DNA of 64,000 nt, taken from an uncultured Chitinophagaceae bacterium (GTDB lineage: Bacteria; Bacteroidota; Bacteroidia; Chitinophagales; Chitinophagaceae). Below, in pieces: positions 42,089 to 51,627 of this stretch. The notes beneath the pieces were generated by a model that did not search any database, was not told the origin of the DNA, and saw only the letters and a program-made list of their open reading frames with translations. The position numbers and the translations under genes were made by a program. Location of the stretch: the NCBI GenBank assembly GCA_963823975.1, contig CAWGNP010000003.1:209289-273288 (forward strand), written 5' to 3'. Each line of letters opens with the position of its first letter. The first letter of the stretch is position 1.

Positions 42089-45000
42089 CTATTCTTCAGC
42101 TTCTTCAATAAGCTCATGAAGGGCAACAGCCATATTATTTGTTTTTACAAAATTGCACCAGTGACAATCCTCTTTTCCGCAACCGGTATAAAAATCGTGT
42201 TGCTGTATTTTATCCCACACTGTTTTTATTTGTTGCTTAACGGTTTCAATATCTTCTGGCTTTATATAAACTTTTATCTTTTGATAATTTTTCTTTTTAT
42301 CCGGTTCAATGAAATCAAATTCACTGCTTACCGCATTCCAGTCACGGTTATTATGATCAATTAATATTTTATAGAACACAGCCTGTCGCCAGTAATCACC
42401 GCCATTTTCATTCTTATCATTTGGTGGACCTAATTTTTCTTTTGCATATTCAGGATTACCGGTTTTATAATCAACAACATTTACTTCTTTACCGCTGAAT
42501 TCAAGCTTATCTAATTTACCCTTTAGCGGAACTCCATTTACTACAACATTTTTAATATTTCTTTCTAATGCAACAATCTTGTTCCATGTATAAATGTATT
42601 TATCGTAATAGGTTGATAAAACATCTTCACCATATTCCAGTCGTCTTGCAAATTGTTCTTTGGTAAAGCTTTCGCGATGACGATGCATGAACCAATTGAA
42701 GTCATTAATAAATTCTTCTTTGGAAGGAAAACCATTTTGATATGGAAACGATTCTTCATTTTGACTTTTAACTTTTGACTTTTGACTTTCCCCATCCTGC
42801 ATTTTTCTAAACAACTGCTCCAGCGCATAATGCACCGCAGAACCAAATTCTGTTGCTTCATTTTTTGGTGAAGGAATGCGAATAAGATTTTTAAAATAAA
42901 ATTCCAGTGGACATTTTAAATAATTGTTTAGCGCAGTAACATTCATCACAAATCTTTCAAGCAAACTATTGATGTATTCTGTTTCTATTTTTTCAATTTC
43001 AGGTTTTACATTATTTTCTAATTGCAATATTTGAAACTCTGCTTGTGCAACTTCATCAATAAAAACTTTCTCTGTTTGCAGTTCATGATTATCTAAAATC
43101 TCTGCAATAAACATTGACGGCTCTAATTCTTTTCCATCATTTTTAAAACAACAATAAGAGATAAAAAGATTTTGTTCTGCACGTGTTAACGCTACATAAA
43201 ATAATCTTCGCAATTCTTCATCAGATGCATCTTCACTTGCTGCTGTTGATGAAAAAATATTATCAGGAAATTTATAACCACCAAACGGCTTGCGTTTCTT
43301 TTCCCAAAAGCTTGCATTGCAGCCTGCAAAAAAAACATATTCAAATTCCAAACCTTTACTGCCATGCGCTGTTAATAAATTCACGCCTTTATCATTACCG
43401 CTTACTTCAATTAATGGTAACGAAAGATTTTCGCTTTCCATTAAATCAAACAACTTTATTAATTGCTTTAAATCAAGATTTGGATTGCGATGCGTTTCTT
43501 CTTTTATAAAATCAAACAAACCGGTAAGCACTTGTAATAACCAAATCTTTTCATCACTTTTCATCACATAGCTCAACACGCCGGCTTCACGAACAATACA
43601 TTCAAACAAACTCTGCAACGTTATATTCGGCACTTTTGAAACCAAAGTTTCCATTGCTTCACTTGCCTTCTTCAAGCCTGCATTCATGCTTTGCGAAAAC
43701 AAATCTTTTACAGGTTGCTTGCTTCTTTCACACAATAATTTTCTTATGGATGTTTTGTCCTGCGAATATTGTTTGTCCGCAACTTCAATACTTATTCTTG
43801 CAATTTCTATCGGCGGAATATTAAACCAATCGTAATGCAAAATCTCGAACAACAATTCATCGCCGCTGTACGGAATATCATGCTCAAACGATAAATATCT
43901 TAAAATAGAAATCATTTTTTTTGCAAACGGAATACAAAGAATATTTAAACTGCGCTTGCTGTAATATGGAATTTTCCGCAGCTTAAAATATTGCGCCAGC
44001 TCCTCGCCGTATCTATTTTCTTTATAAATAATACCAATCTTGCTCGGCTCAATTCCCTGCGCTAAAATCTCTTCCACCTTTTGCGTAATGCCAATCATTT
44101 CCTGTCGCTGCGTTTCATAATTATAAATGATCGGCTTGTGTGTAAGATGTTTTATTTTATCATTCGCCGACAACAATTCTTTACTCAGCCCGTCAATTTG
44201 TTTTATTAAACGGTCGTTGTTTTTACCGATAATCGTTTTTGAAACATCAAGAATACTTTGCGTTGACCGATAATTATGTGTAAGCACAACCGTGAGCAAA
44301 TCGTTTTTATAACTGTTCGCAAAGTTCAGCATGTTCTCCACATTCGCACCCTGGAAACGATAGATGCTTTGGTCATCATCGCCAACAACAAAAACATTCG
44401 GCTTGTCCCAATAATTAATCAGCAATTCAACCAAACGATTTTGCGTGCCACTGGTATCCTGGTATTCGTCAACCAAAATATATAAGAACTGTTCCTGGTA
44501 TCGCAGCAATAAATTTTTGTTTTCCTCAAACGCTTTAATCACCCAGTTAATCATGTCATCAAAATCATACAAATTTTTACTGCGCATCAGTTGCTGAAAA
44601 TTATCAAACTCATTCACTGCTGCACGCAATCTTTCCATGCGCTCCGCTTCCTCTTCAATCTTATCCGTGCGCACATCACCTTTCTTAAAATCTTTTGTTG
44701 CACGCTTGGTTATGTATTCATCACGCTGCGGCAAAGAATTTATATAAGTGCTTATACGTTCATTAATAAATTGTGCGCTCCAGCCTTCACGCTTCATCGT
44801 GCTGAACAACGATTGCAGATTCTTTATCTCGTAATACACATCGCCTCGATACCTTTTCAGCGGATGATTTTTTGGAAATGAATCTATCAGTTGTTTAAAT
44901 AAATCTATGCGCTGCAAATCGCTAACCGGGTCAAGCGCATGCTTTTCAAACAAGCCAAGATTATCCTGGATCACATCATTACAAAAAGCATGAAATGTAT

Positions 45001-45286
45001 AAATGTTCACCTTGTAAGCATCGGCTCCAATAAAATCAAGAATGCGTTTACGCATGGCAATAACGCCGGCATCTGTGTAGGTTAAGCAAAGAATATTTTG
45101 CGGCTGCGTATCTGTATCCAGCAAAATTTTCCCGATGCGTGCAGAGAGTATCTGCGTTTTGCCCGTGCCCGGTCCTGCAATCACCATTACCGGACCTTCA
45201 ATGGTATCTACCGCACGTTTCTGCTGCTCATTTAAACGGTTATATTCTGCGTTGAATTTCTGTAACTGGTAATGTTTTTGTGGCAT
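42089..45286 (-). CDS. UvrD/Rep superfamily 1 helicase fused to PD-(D/E)XK nuclease
   Basis: AGPGTGKT, LVDEYQD, VGDDDQSIYRFQGA, NYRS, TAHGSKGLEF, YVALTRA; nuclease GKLDK...VDYKTG with 4 Cys. Confidence 0.93.
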   Translation of the reverse strand: MPQKHYQLQKFNAEYNRLNEQQKRAVDTIEGPVMVIAGPGTGKTQILSARIGKILLDTDTQPQNILCLTYTDAGVIAMRKRILDFIGADAYKVNIYTFHAFCNDVIQDNLGLFEKHALDPVSDLQRIDLFKQLIDSFPKNHPLKRYRGDVYYEIKNLQSLFSTMKREGWSAQFINERISTYINSLPQRDEYITKRATKDFKKGDVRTDKIEEEAERMERLRAAVNEFDNFQQLMRSKNLYDFDDMINWVIKAFEENKNLLLRYQEQFLYILVDEYQDTSGTQNRLVELLINYWDKPNVFVVGDDDQSIYRFQGANVENMLNFANSYKNDLLTVVLTHNYRSTQSILDVSKTIIGKNNDRLIKQIDGLSKELLSANDKIKHLTHKPIIYNYETQRQEMIGITQKVEEILAQGIEPSKIGIIYKENRYGEELAQYFKLRKIPYYSKRSLNILCIPFAKKMISILRYLSFEHDIPYSGDELLFEILHYDWFNIPPIEIARISIEVADKQYSQDKTSIRKLLCERSKQPVKDLFSQSMNAGLKKASEAMETLVSKVPNITLQSLFECIVREAGVLSYVMKSDEKIWLLQVLTGLFDFIKEETHRNPNLDLKQLIKLFDLMESENLSLPLIEVSGNDKGVNLLTAHGSKGLEFEYVFFAGCNASFWEKKRKPFGGYKFPDNIFSSTAASEDASDEELRRLFYVALTRAEQNLFISYCCFKNDGKELEPSMFIAEILDNHELQTEKVFIDEVAQAEFQILQLENNVKPEIEKIETEYINSLLERFVMNVTALNNYLKCPLEFYFKNLIRIPSPKNEATEFGSAVHYALEQLFRKMQDGESQKSKVKSQNEESFPYQNGFPSKEEFINDFNWFMHRHRESFTKEQFARRLEYGEDVLSTYYDKYIYTWNKIVALERNIKNVVVNGVPLKGKLDKLEFSGKEVNVVDYKTGNPEYAKEKLGPPNDKNENGGDYWRQAVFYKILIDHNNRDWNAVSSEFDFIEPDKKKNYQKIKVYIKPEDIETVKQQIKTVWDKIQQHDFYTGCGKEDCHWCNFVKTNNMAVALHELIEEAEE
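42759..42790. repeat. Heptamer tandem repeat (TTTTGAC x4, one variant) inside the helicase-nuclease CDS
   Basis: TTTTGAC TTTTAAC TTTTGAC TTTTGAC TTTC; encodes ESQKSKVKSQN. Confidence 0.85.
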
Positions 45287-45307
45287 TATGTAAAGATAAT
45301 CAGGTAA

Positions 45308-45362
45308 GCTAAGTATGTTGGTAAACTAGCAAATTTAGTATTTAATTACTAAATATTTTGGT
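45308..45362. promoter_or_regulatory. Three imperfect CTAA-N5-TTAG palindromic boxes
   Basis: GCTAA-gtatg-TTGGT 45308-45322, ACTAG-caaat-TTAGT 45325-45339, ACTAA-atatt-TTGGT 45348-45362. Confidence 0.5.
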
Positions 45363-45454
45363 AATTTTTGTATGATATATTTAAGTGACATTTTTTATTT
45401 ACCTCTCAATAAGACTTAATATAACCAAAGCATGTTTTATTTGTTATAATTGAA

Positions 45455-45916
45455 ATGAGTAAGGTCTACACGCTACAAAAGGTCCAGGTTATCAATGCAG
45501 ATATCAAACAAATTTGGAATTTTTTTTCTTCTCCTGAAAATCTTAAAGACATAACACCACCGCAGCTTGGATTTCAGATTTTATCAAAAAGCTATGGCAG
45601 TGAAATGTATGCAGGTCAAATAATTGAATATACTGTAAAGCCTTTGCTGGGCATAGCTTTATACTGGATGACGGAGATTACACACATTGAGCCAATGAAA
45701 TATTTTATTGATGAACAACGCTTCGGGCCTTACACATTTTGGCATCACCAGCATCATTTTAAAGAAACAAATGATGGTGTTGAAATGACTGACATTGTTC
45801 ATTATAAAATCCCATTTTGGCTTCTTGGAGATATTGCTAATTCAATACTTGTAAAAAAACAATTAGAAAAAATCTTTAATTACAGAAAGGAAATAACTAT
45901 AAAAGCGTTTAAATAA
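45455..45916 (+). CDS. SRPBCC (START-like) family protein
   Basis: WNFFSSPENLKDITP, WMTEITH, FIDEQRFGPYTFWHHQH, IFNYR. Confidence 0.9.
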   Translation: MSKVYTLQKVQVINADIKQIWNFFSSPENLKDITPPQLGFQILSKSYGSEMYAGQIIEYTVKPLLGIALYWMTEITHIEPMKYFIDEQRFGPYTFWHHQHHFKETNDGVEMTDIVHYKIPFWLLGDIANSILVKKQLEKIFNYRKEITIKAFK

Positions 45917-46525
45917 CTATTGCGAGTTTTTTAAAAAGATTTTCTCTCACATCATCAAACCATTCATCTTTTAGAATACTCAGAACAATGCTGTCCCTTC
46001 TTTTGCCGGCTTCACGTGTAGGCATATTGCTTCGTAAAATTCCATCTACTTTGCAGCCGATAGATTTCATTGCGGCAATGCTTCTTGCATTATCGTTGTC
46101 TGCTCTAAACTCAACTCTTTGAAAGCCTATTCGTTCAAAAGCAAATTGTAAAAGCAAATATTTGCAATGCTTATTTAATCCCGTGCCCTGAAATTTTGTG
46201 CCATACCATGTGTAGCCAAGCTGCACTGTTTCATACTCATTATTAATATCATAGAACCTTGTGCTTCCTGCATATTTATTCAGTCGTTTATCAAAAACTA
46301 TAAACGGATATTCTTTGCCTTCATTCTTTTGCTTAAGAGCAATGTTCATATAATTATCAAGTCCAGATTCGCCTTCAGCGCCTATCAAACGAGTATTTCC
46401 ATAAATAAGGCTCATGCAGACGAAAAAGGCAGCAGGAATTTTTTATCCGCAGGTTGCAAAGGCCGCAACAATACACGATCGTCCTCAAGAGTATAATCTT
46501 TTTTGCAATCAAAATTTTCGTACAT
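45909..46525 (-). CDS. RimJ/RimL-type GNAT N-acetyltransferase (frameshifts near 46390-46420)
   Basis: LEDDRVLLRPL, GSTRFYDI, LGYTWYG, QGTGLNKHCKYLLL, NARSIAAMKSIG. Confidence 0.85.
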
Positions 46526-46606
46526 ACGTTAACTGTTATTCTATAAATGATTTTTTTTAAAAATATTTGACTTGTATATTTTTTATTTTTATAAAAATTA
46601 AAATAA

Positions 46607-47120
46607 TTGGATAAGCCGTCATCATATTGCGAAGCAGTAAGTAAAATGGATAAAGATAATCTTCATAAAATTTATCATGATAATTTTTATGGGTTTCCTA
46701 TTGATAATGATGATGAGCTTTTCGAAAGGCTTGTTTTGGAAATAAACCAGGCTGGCCTTAGCTGGAGCACAATTTTAAATAAGCAAAATAACTTCAAAAA
46801 AGCTTATAAAAGTTTTAGTGTTAAAAAAGTAGCTGCTTTTAAAGATGAAGATGTACAGCGATTGCTGAATGATGCTGGTATTATCCGAAATCGGCTAAAA
46901 ATACATGCGGCAATTGAAAATGCAAAAACACTTTTGAATATTCAAAAAGAATTTGGCTCGTTTAAAAAATGGCTTGATCATCATCATCCGAAAACAAAGG
47001 AGGAATGGGTAAAGATTTTCAAAACCACTTTTCGCTTCACCGGCGGTGAAATCGTAAATGAATTTTTAATGAGCACAGGATATTTAGCCAGGTGCACATA
47101 TTGAGAGTTGCAAGATGTAG
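46607..47120 (+). CDS. tag: DNA-3-methyladenine glycosylase I (3' frameshift)
   Basis: YHDNFYGFP, LEINQAGLSWSTIL, IIRNRLKI, FRFTGGEIVNEFLMSTG, PGAH in shifted frame. Confidence 0.9.
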
Positions 47121-47212
47121 AAAAAAGTGATAAAAGCCGGAGCTGTATTTGCTTTAAAAAAATAATGCAAACACATTTTCTCAAAAAAATTGATGTAGTA
47201 ATTTCTTCATTT

Positions 47213-48055
47213 CTAATAATCGCCTAATGTTTCGGGCAGCTCTTCCATTGCTTTTTTAAACTGCTCTTCGTTGGGTGCAGTTCCGTGCCATTCATGATTG
47301 TTTTCCATAAAGTCAACACCTTTGCCCATTATGGTATGCATGATAATTGCAATAGGCTTTCCTTTGCCTACAAAGGTTTTAGCTTTCTCAAGTGTTGCAA
47401 TAATTGCTTCTATATCATTTCCCTCTTTCAGTTCCAATACTTCCCAATTAAATGCAAGAAATTTTTCTTTAAGACTTGCAAGGCCCATCACATCTTCCGT
47501 GGTTCCGTCTATTTGCTGGTGATTTCTATCAACAGTGGAAATTAAGTTATCTACTTTGTGCATTGCAGCGTACATAATGGCTTCCCAGTTCTGGCCTTCA
47601 TCCAATTCGCCATCACCATGCAAAGAATATACAATGTGGTTATCCTTATTTAGTTTTTTTGCGCTTGCTGCACCAATTGCCACGCTCATTCCCTGCCCTA
47701 AGGAGCCGGATGCAATGCGTATTCCGGGAAGATGTTCGGCAGTAGCCGGATGACCCTGAACGCGTGAATTAATCTTGCGGTAAGTATCCAACTCTTTTAA
47801 AGGGAAATAACCTGCATGTGCTAAAGTACTATACCAAACCGGAGATATATGCCCGTTGGAAAGGAAAAAAATATCTTCATCTTTTCCATTTATATCAAAC
47901 CCATCTTTGCGTTTCATTATTTTAAAATACAATGCAGTAAAAAAATCAGCACAGCCCAGAGATCCGCCAGGGTGGCCGCTTTGAACATTATATACCATGC
48001 GCACAATATCTCTTCTTATTTGCGAAGCCATATCTTTCAATTCCTTTATTTCCAT
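47213..48055 (-). CDS. Transketolase N-terminal subunit
   Basis: SGHPGGSLG, LSNGH, GSLGQG, GDGELDEGQNWEA, WHG. Confidence 0.93.
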   Translation of the reverse strand: MEIKELKDMASQIRRDIVRMVYNVQSGHPGGSLGCADFFTALYFKIMKRKDGFDINGKDEDIFFLSNGHISPVWYSTLAHAGYFPLKELDTYRKINSRVQGHPATAEHLPGIRIASGSLGQGMSVAIGAASAKKLNKDNHIVYSLHGDGELDEGQNWEAIMYAAMHKVDNLISTVDRNHQQIDGTTEDVMGLASLKEKFLAFNWEVLELKEGNDIEAIIATLEKAKTFVGKGKPIAIIMHTIMGKGVDFMENNHEWHGTAPNEEQFKKAMEELPETLGDY

Positions 48056-48506
48056 GATGTGTCTTTTATAATTTTACGCGAACCTACATTAATTTTTATT
48101 GAGCTAAAACCAAACACTTATAACAAATAAAAAAATTCTGCTTAACGTGATTTAAGCTTATAAAACAAATTCATGAATTGCTGTTTTAAAAATTTTCATT
48201 GAAAAGTTTTGATTTATAAAATTCATTTATTTGTTTTGTTGCCAATTCTTCGGAATTCCCCCCTCAGATTTCGTCATTCTCCAATCATTATCATTGTCTT
48301 CCAATATTATGTATAAACTTATATGCATTGCATAATGAATGTTCATATGCCAACCAATCCTCCTTTTTTATTTGCAAATTCTTTTCTATAAACAATCCAA
48401 CTTTCTGTCCAAAAGGCCTGATTCATTTCATTTGATATTCTTTTAAAGGCGCTTCCCATTTTATGTAACCAAATGATCCAAACATTTATCATCATAAAAG
48501 TTTATC

Positions 48507-50681
48507 ATGAAATTTTTTGGATTCAAGCATCTTCTTAAAATTGGCTTCAGCAAATCTTTATTGGCTTCCGTTATTTTGCTTTCTTATTCAAATAAGATGC
48601 ATTCCCAAGGACGGAGCTATGGCCTGATCTATTCTGAAAATATTAAAGGTGGCACTGCCATGTTTGGAAATACCTTGCTGAACATAGTAAAAAATGATGG
48701 TACTGTAAATTTTACTAAGATGAATGATAACAGCGCTAATGGAAACAGCACTTATGGCAATGACAATGAGAATATGCAATACGTAGATATTGACAGCACA
48801 ACCGGATATGGCGCTCGCACAAGAAACTCATCGTCATCTGATCTTGTATTGCCCGCCGGAACTAACACTATACGGCTTGCAAGGTTATATTGGGGAGGAA
48901 GAATAAAAAATTCTGATTTTGCTTTAAGCGCCGATTCCAATCAAACAATTAAAATACGCAAAGGCAATGCTGGCGCATATTCCAGTGTTACTGCGTTGAG
49001 CATGGACAGCGCAACAATTGTTCCAGGGTACACACAATACCAGGCTTATGCAGACATAACATCTTTAATAAAAAATAATGGCGCAGGTACTTATGAAGTA
49101 GGGAATGCTCCTTTAAGCACAGGAGCCATTGCTGACGGCGGAAACAACGGTGGCTGGTGCATTGTAGTTGTATTTGAAAATGCATCATTAAGTTATAACA
49201 GCATCCGTATTTATGATGGCTTCCAGCAAGTATATAGCAATGGAAATCCGCTGTCAACAACAGTTACCCTTACCGGCCTCAATGTTCCTTCGGGTGCATT
49301 AGCCGCCGGTGATGCAAAGATGGGTGTGCTCGCATGGGAAGGTGATGCTAATATTTTAAATGATTATTTAAAAATAAATGACAGCCTTTTTTCAAATATC
49401 ACCAACCAGGCTAACAATCCATGGAATGGAACGATAACGGATAATGGTATTCATGTAACAACAAAAAATCCGAATTACACGAACCAGATGGGTGTTGATA
49501 TTGATCAGTTTGATGTGGGAACAGGTTACAACATTCAGCCTAATGCTACATCTGTTAAGCTGGAATTTGGAACAGAACAAGATAAATATTATCCTGGTTT
49601 GTTCACTTTCACTATTAAAATGAAAGATCCTACTGTTACACTTTTTAAAACAGTAAGCGATGCAAATAATGATCATCTTGGCGAAGCCAATGAAGTGCTT
49701 ACTTATACATTGAAAGGTGCTAACAACGGAACAGGAAATGCAAATAATGTAATTGTAACTGATACACTTCCATCAACAGTTACTTATGTTCCTAATTCTT
49801 TAAAAGTAATTAGTGCTCCCGGCTGTGCAGCCAACGCTTCAATTACGGATGCATCCGGAGATGATATTGCAGAATATATTATAAATGGCTCTGTAAAAAC
49901 AATTGTATTCAGATTAGGCGCAGGCGCTACAGCCATTGCTGGTGGCTCATTAGCAGCTAATGATACTTACCAGGTTCAGTTCCAGGTTACAGTAAATGAT
50001 CCGGGTAAAGGCAATCATGTACCATCTATTATGAATGTTGCAAGAATCAAAGCACAATCTGATGCAGGTGTAAATTTTGTAGATGATGCCACAGCAATTA
50101 TCAATCCTGATAACGGGCCATTGCCGGTAACAATGGTTTCGTTTACCGCTGCATTGCAACAGGATAATAAAGTAAAAGTAAGCTGGGCTACTTCTATGGA
50201 AATGAATTGCGATTCTTACAAAATTGAAAGAAGTTATGATGGTAATTTGTTCTCACAAGTTGCCAGTGTAAAAGGCAATGGCACTTCATCTATTTATCAT
50301 TCTTATTTTATAACAGATGATGTATCTGCTGCAACATCTTCTATAGTTTATTACAGAATCAAGCAGGTGGATCTTGATGGTAAAGCATCTTATTCAAATG
50401 TAGCTTCTGTAAGAATTAAAGATAATGGAAGTAAAATCATTATTTCTCCAAATCCTTTCAACAGTTATCTTAATATAAATATAGAATGGAACAGCAAAGA
50501 AATTATTACTGCAAAAGTGATCAATGTTCAAGGCAAAGAAATGCTGTCAAAAAATATACAAATGAATAAAGGCCTTAATTATATTTCTCTTGATGACCTT
50601 TCAAAGCTTGCTGCGGGAAATTATTTTATACAATTTATATCTGCTACGCAAAGGATAACATCAAAAATAACCAAGCAATAA
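48507..50681 (+). CDS. T9SS type A cargo protein with DUF11-like repeat domain
   Basis: Signal peptide; LARLYWGG/GGWCIVVVFE domain; KTV...LTYTL...VTDTLP; PLPVTMVSF; CTD ISPNPF...GNYFIQ...KITKQ. Confidence 0.88.
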   Translation: MKFFGFKHLLKIGFSKSLLASVILLSYSNKMHSQGRSYGLIYSENIKGGTAMFGNTLLNIVKNDGTVNFTKMNDNSANGNSTYGNDNENMQYVDIDSTTGYGARTRNSSSSDLVLPAGTNTIRLARLYWGGRIKNSDFALSADSNQTIKIRKGNAGAYSSVTALSMDSATIVPGYTQYQAYADITSLIKNNGAGTYEVGNAPLSTGAIADGGNNGGWCIVVVFENASLSYNSIRIYDGFQQVYSNGNPLSTTVTLTGLNVPSGALAAGDAKMGVLAWEGDANILNDYLKINDSLFSNITNQANNPWNGTITDNGIHVTTKNPNYTNQMGVDIDQFDVGTGYNIQPNATSVKLEFGTEQDKYYPGLFTFTIKMKDPTVTLFKTVSDANNDHLGEANEVLTYTLKGANNGTGNANNVIVTDTLPSTVTYVPNSLKVISAPGCAANASITDASGDDIAEYIINGSVKTIVFRLGAGATAIAGGSLAANDTYQVQFQVTVNDPGKGNHVPSIMNVARIKAQSDAGVNFVDDATAIINPDNGPLPVTMVSFTAALQQDNKVKVSWATSMEMNCDSYKIERSYDGNLFSQVASVKGNGTSSIYHSYFITDDVSAATSSIVYYRIKQVDLDGKASYSNVASVRIKDNGSKIIISPNPFNSYLNINIEWNSKEIITAKVINVQGKEMLSKNIQMNKGLNYISLDDLSKLAAGNYFIQFISATQRITSKITKQ

Positions 50682-50701
50682 TTTTTTTTTAATCGTTCAT
50701 T

Positions 50702-50732
50702 AAAATGGCTGTTTCAGAGGCAGCCATTTTTT
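50702..50732. terminator. Bidirectional intrinsic terminator
   Basis: AAAATGGCTG-N9-CAGCCATTTTTT between convergent genes. Confidence 0.85.
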
Positions 50733-50744
50733 ATTTTAAAAGAA

Positions 50745-51032
50745 TTATAAAGTCATATAAGTTTTTAATGCCTTCACATAATTTTCAAAAGCGGTAATAC
50801 CTGCTGCGGTGATTTTACAAATTGTTTGCGGATAATTATTATGAAATTGTTTTATAATATCTATATATCCTGCATCTTTCAGCTTGTTGATTTGTACACT
50901 CAAATTACCGGCGGTTGCATTTGTTTTTTCTTTTAAAAAAGTAAACTCTGCTTCCTTCACGCTTATTAGAAGCGATATTACAGCAAGCCTGAGCTGCGAG
51001 TGCAATATGGGATCAAGCTCTTTAAACTCCAT
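50745..51032 (-). CDS. Winged-helix transcriptional regulator (HTH_34 / MarR-like)
   Basis: LDPILHSQLRLAVISLL, ATAGNLSVQINKLKDAGYI, PQTICKITAAG. Confidence 0.88.
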   Translation of the reverse strand: MEFKELDPILHSQLRLAVISLLISVKEAEFTFLKEKTNATAGNLSVQINKLKDAGYIDIIKQFHNNYPQTICKITAAGITAFENYVKALKTYMTL

Positions 51033-51627
51033 CGTTTTGCTTTGCGATGTTTTTATAAAACCGGGCTCTTAATATAAAGCCGGGAATAATCCATGCAGCT
51101 AAGGCGCCTGCTGCAACCATTAAATGCGCATAACTATTTAGATAAAAAAAAGCAGGAACGCTAAGGCACCAGCATATAATGCCACCAATAATAAATGGAG
51201 TAAAATTCGTGATAAGACCCGTAGAAAATGTAGGTATACCGAACAGGATTAAAAGAACAGGCAACACCACATATCCAATATCTGCAATACCTCCTGCAAT
51301 GGTTAGTATTAAAACTGCAATGCCAAACGAAATCCAGATGTGGCTGCACATTTCATCTTTATAAGTAACAACCTTTTTATATTTTTTTTCTTTGCGGTCA
51401 AAATATACCTGCAATAAAATGGTAACAAACATAAGATAGAATGGATTGAATGGCAGCCTGAACCATGATACCGTTTCTTGAAAATAAGCAAGGCCAAAAC
51501 AGATAAGATTTGTGAATCCCCAAAGTAATGCGCCAAGCCCGCTTTCATAATAACTATTTTTTGCCTTGAGTATCATATTCGAAATGATGTCGAGGCTTTC
51601 CTTTTCTGATAGTGTTTTATTCTCCAT
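51022..51627 (-). CDS. Integral membrane protein, about 6 TM (paralog 1)
   Basis: LSEKESLDIISNMILKAK, LLWG, GIPTFSTG, WIIPGFIL. Confidence 0.8.
   Translation of the reverse strand: MENKTLSEKESLDIISNMILKAKNSYYESGLGALLWGFTNLICFGLAYFQETVSWFRLPFNPFYLMFVTILLQVYFDRKEKKYKKVVTYKDEMCSHIWISFGIAVLILTIAGGIADIGYVVLPVLLILFGIPTFSTGLITNFTPFIIGGIICWCLSVPAFFYLNSYAHLMVAAGALAAWIIPGFILRARFYKNIAKQNDGV

Noticed and set aside
42089-45286. Helicase-nuclease as a Cas4/CRISPR or anti-phage defence gene, or a horizontally acquired island
   Set aside because: No CRISPR array, cas or defence neighbours; flanks are housekeeping genes; spot GC counts were too variable to show a shift.
8744-45916. 8-bp 3' overlaps of convergent genes (mlaD/CDGSH, HIT/ruvC, SRPBCC/GNAT)
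   Set aside because: Short stop-region overlaps are common in compact AT-rich genomes.
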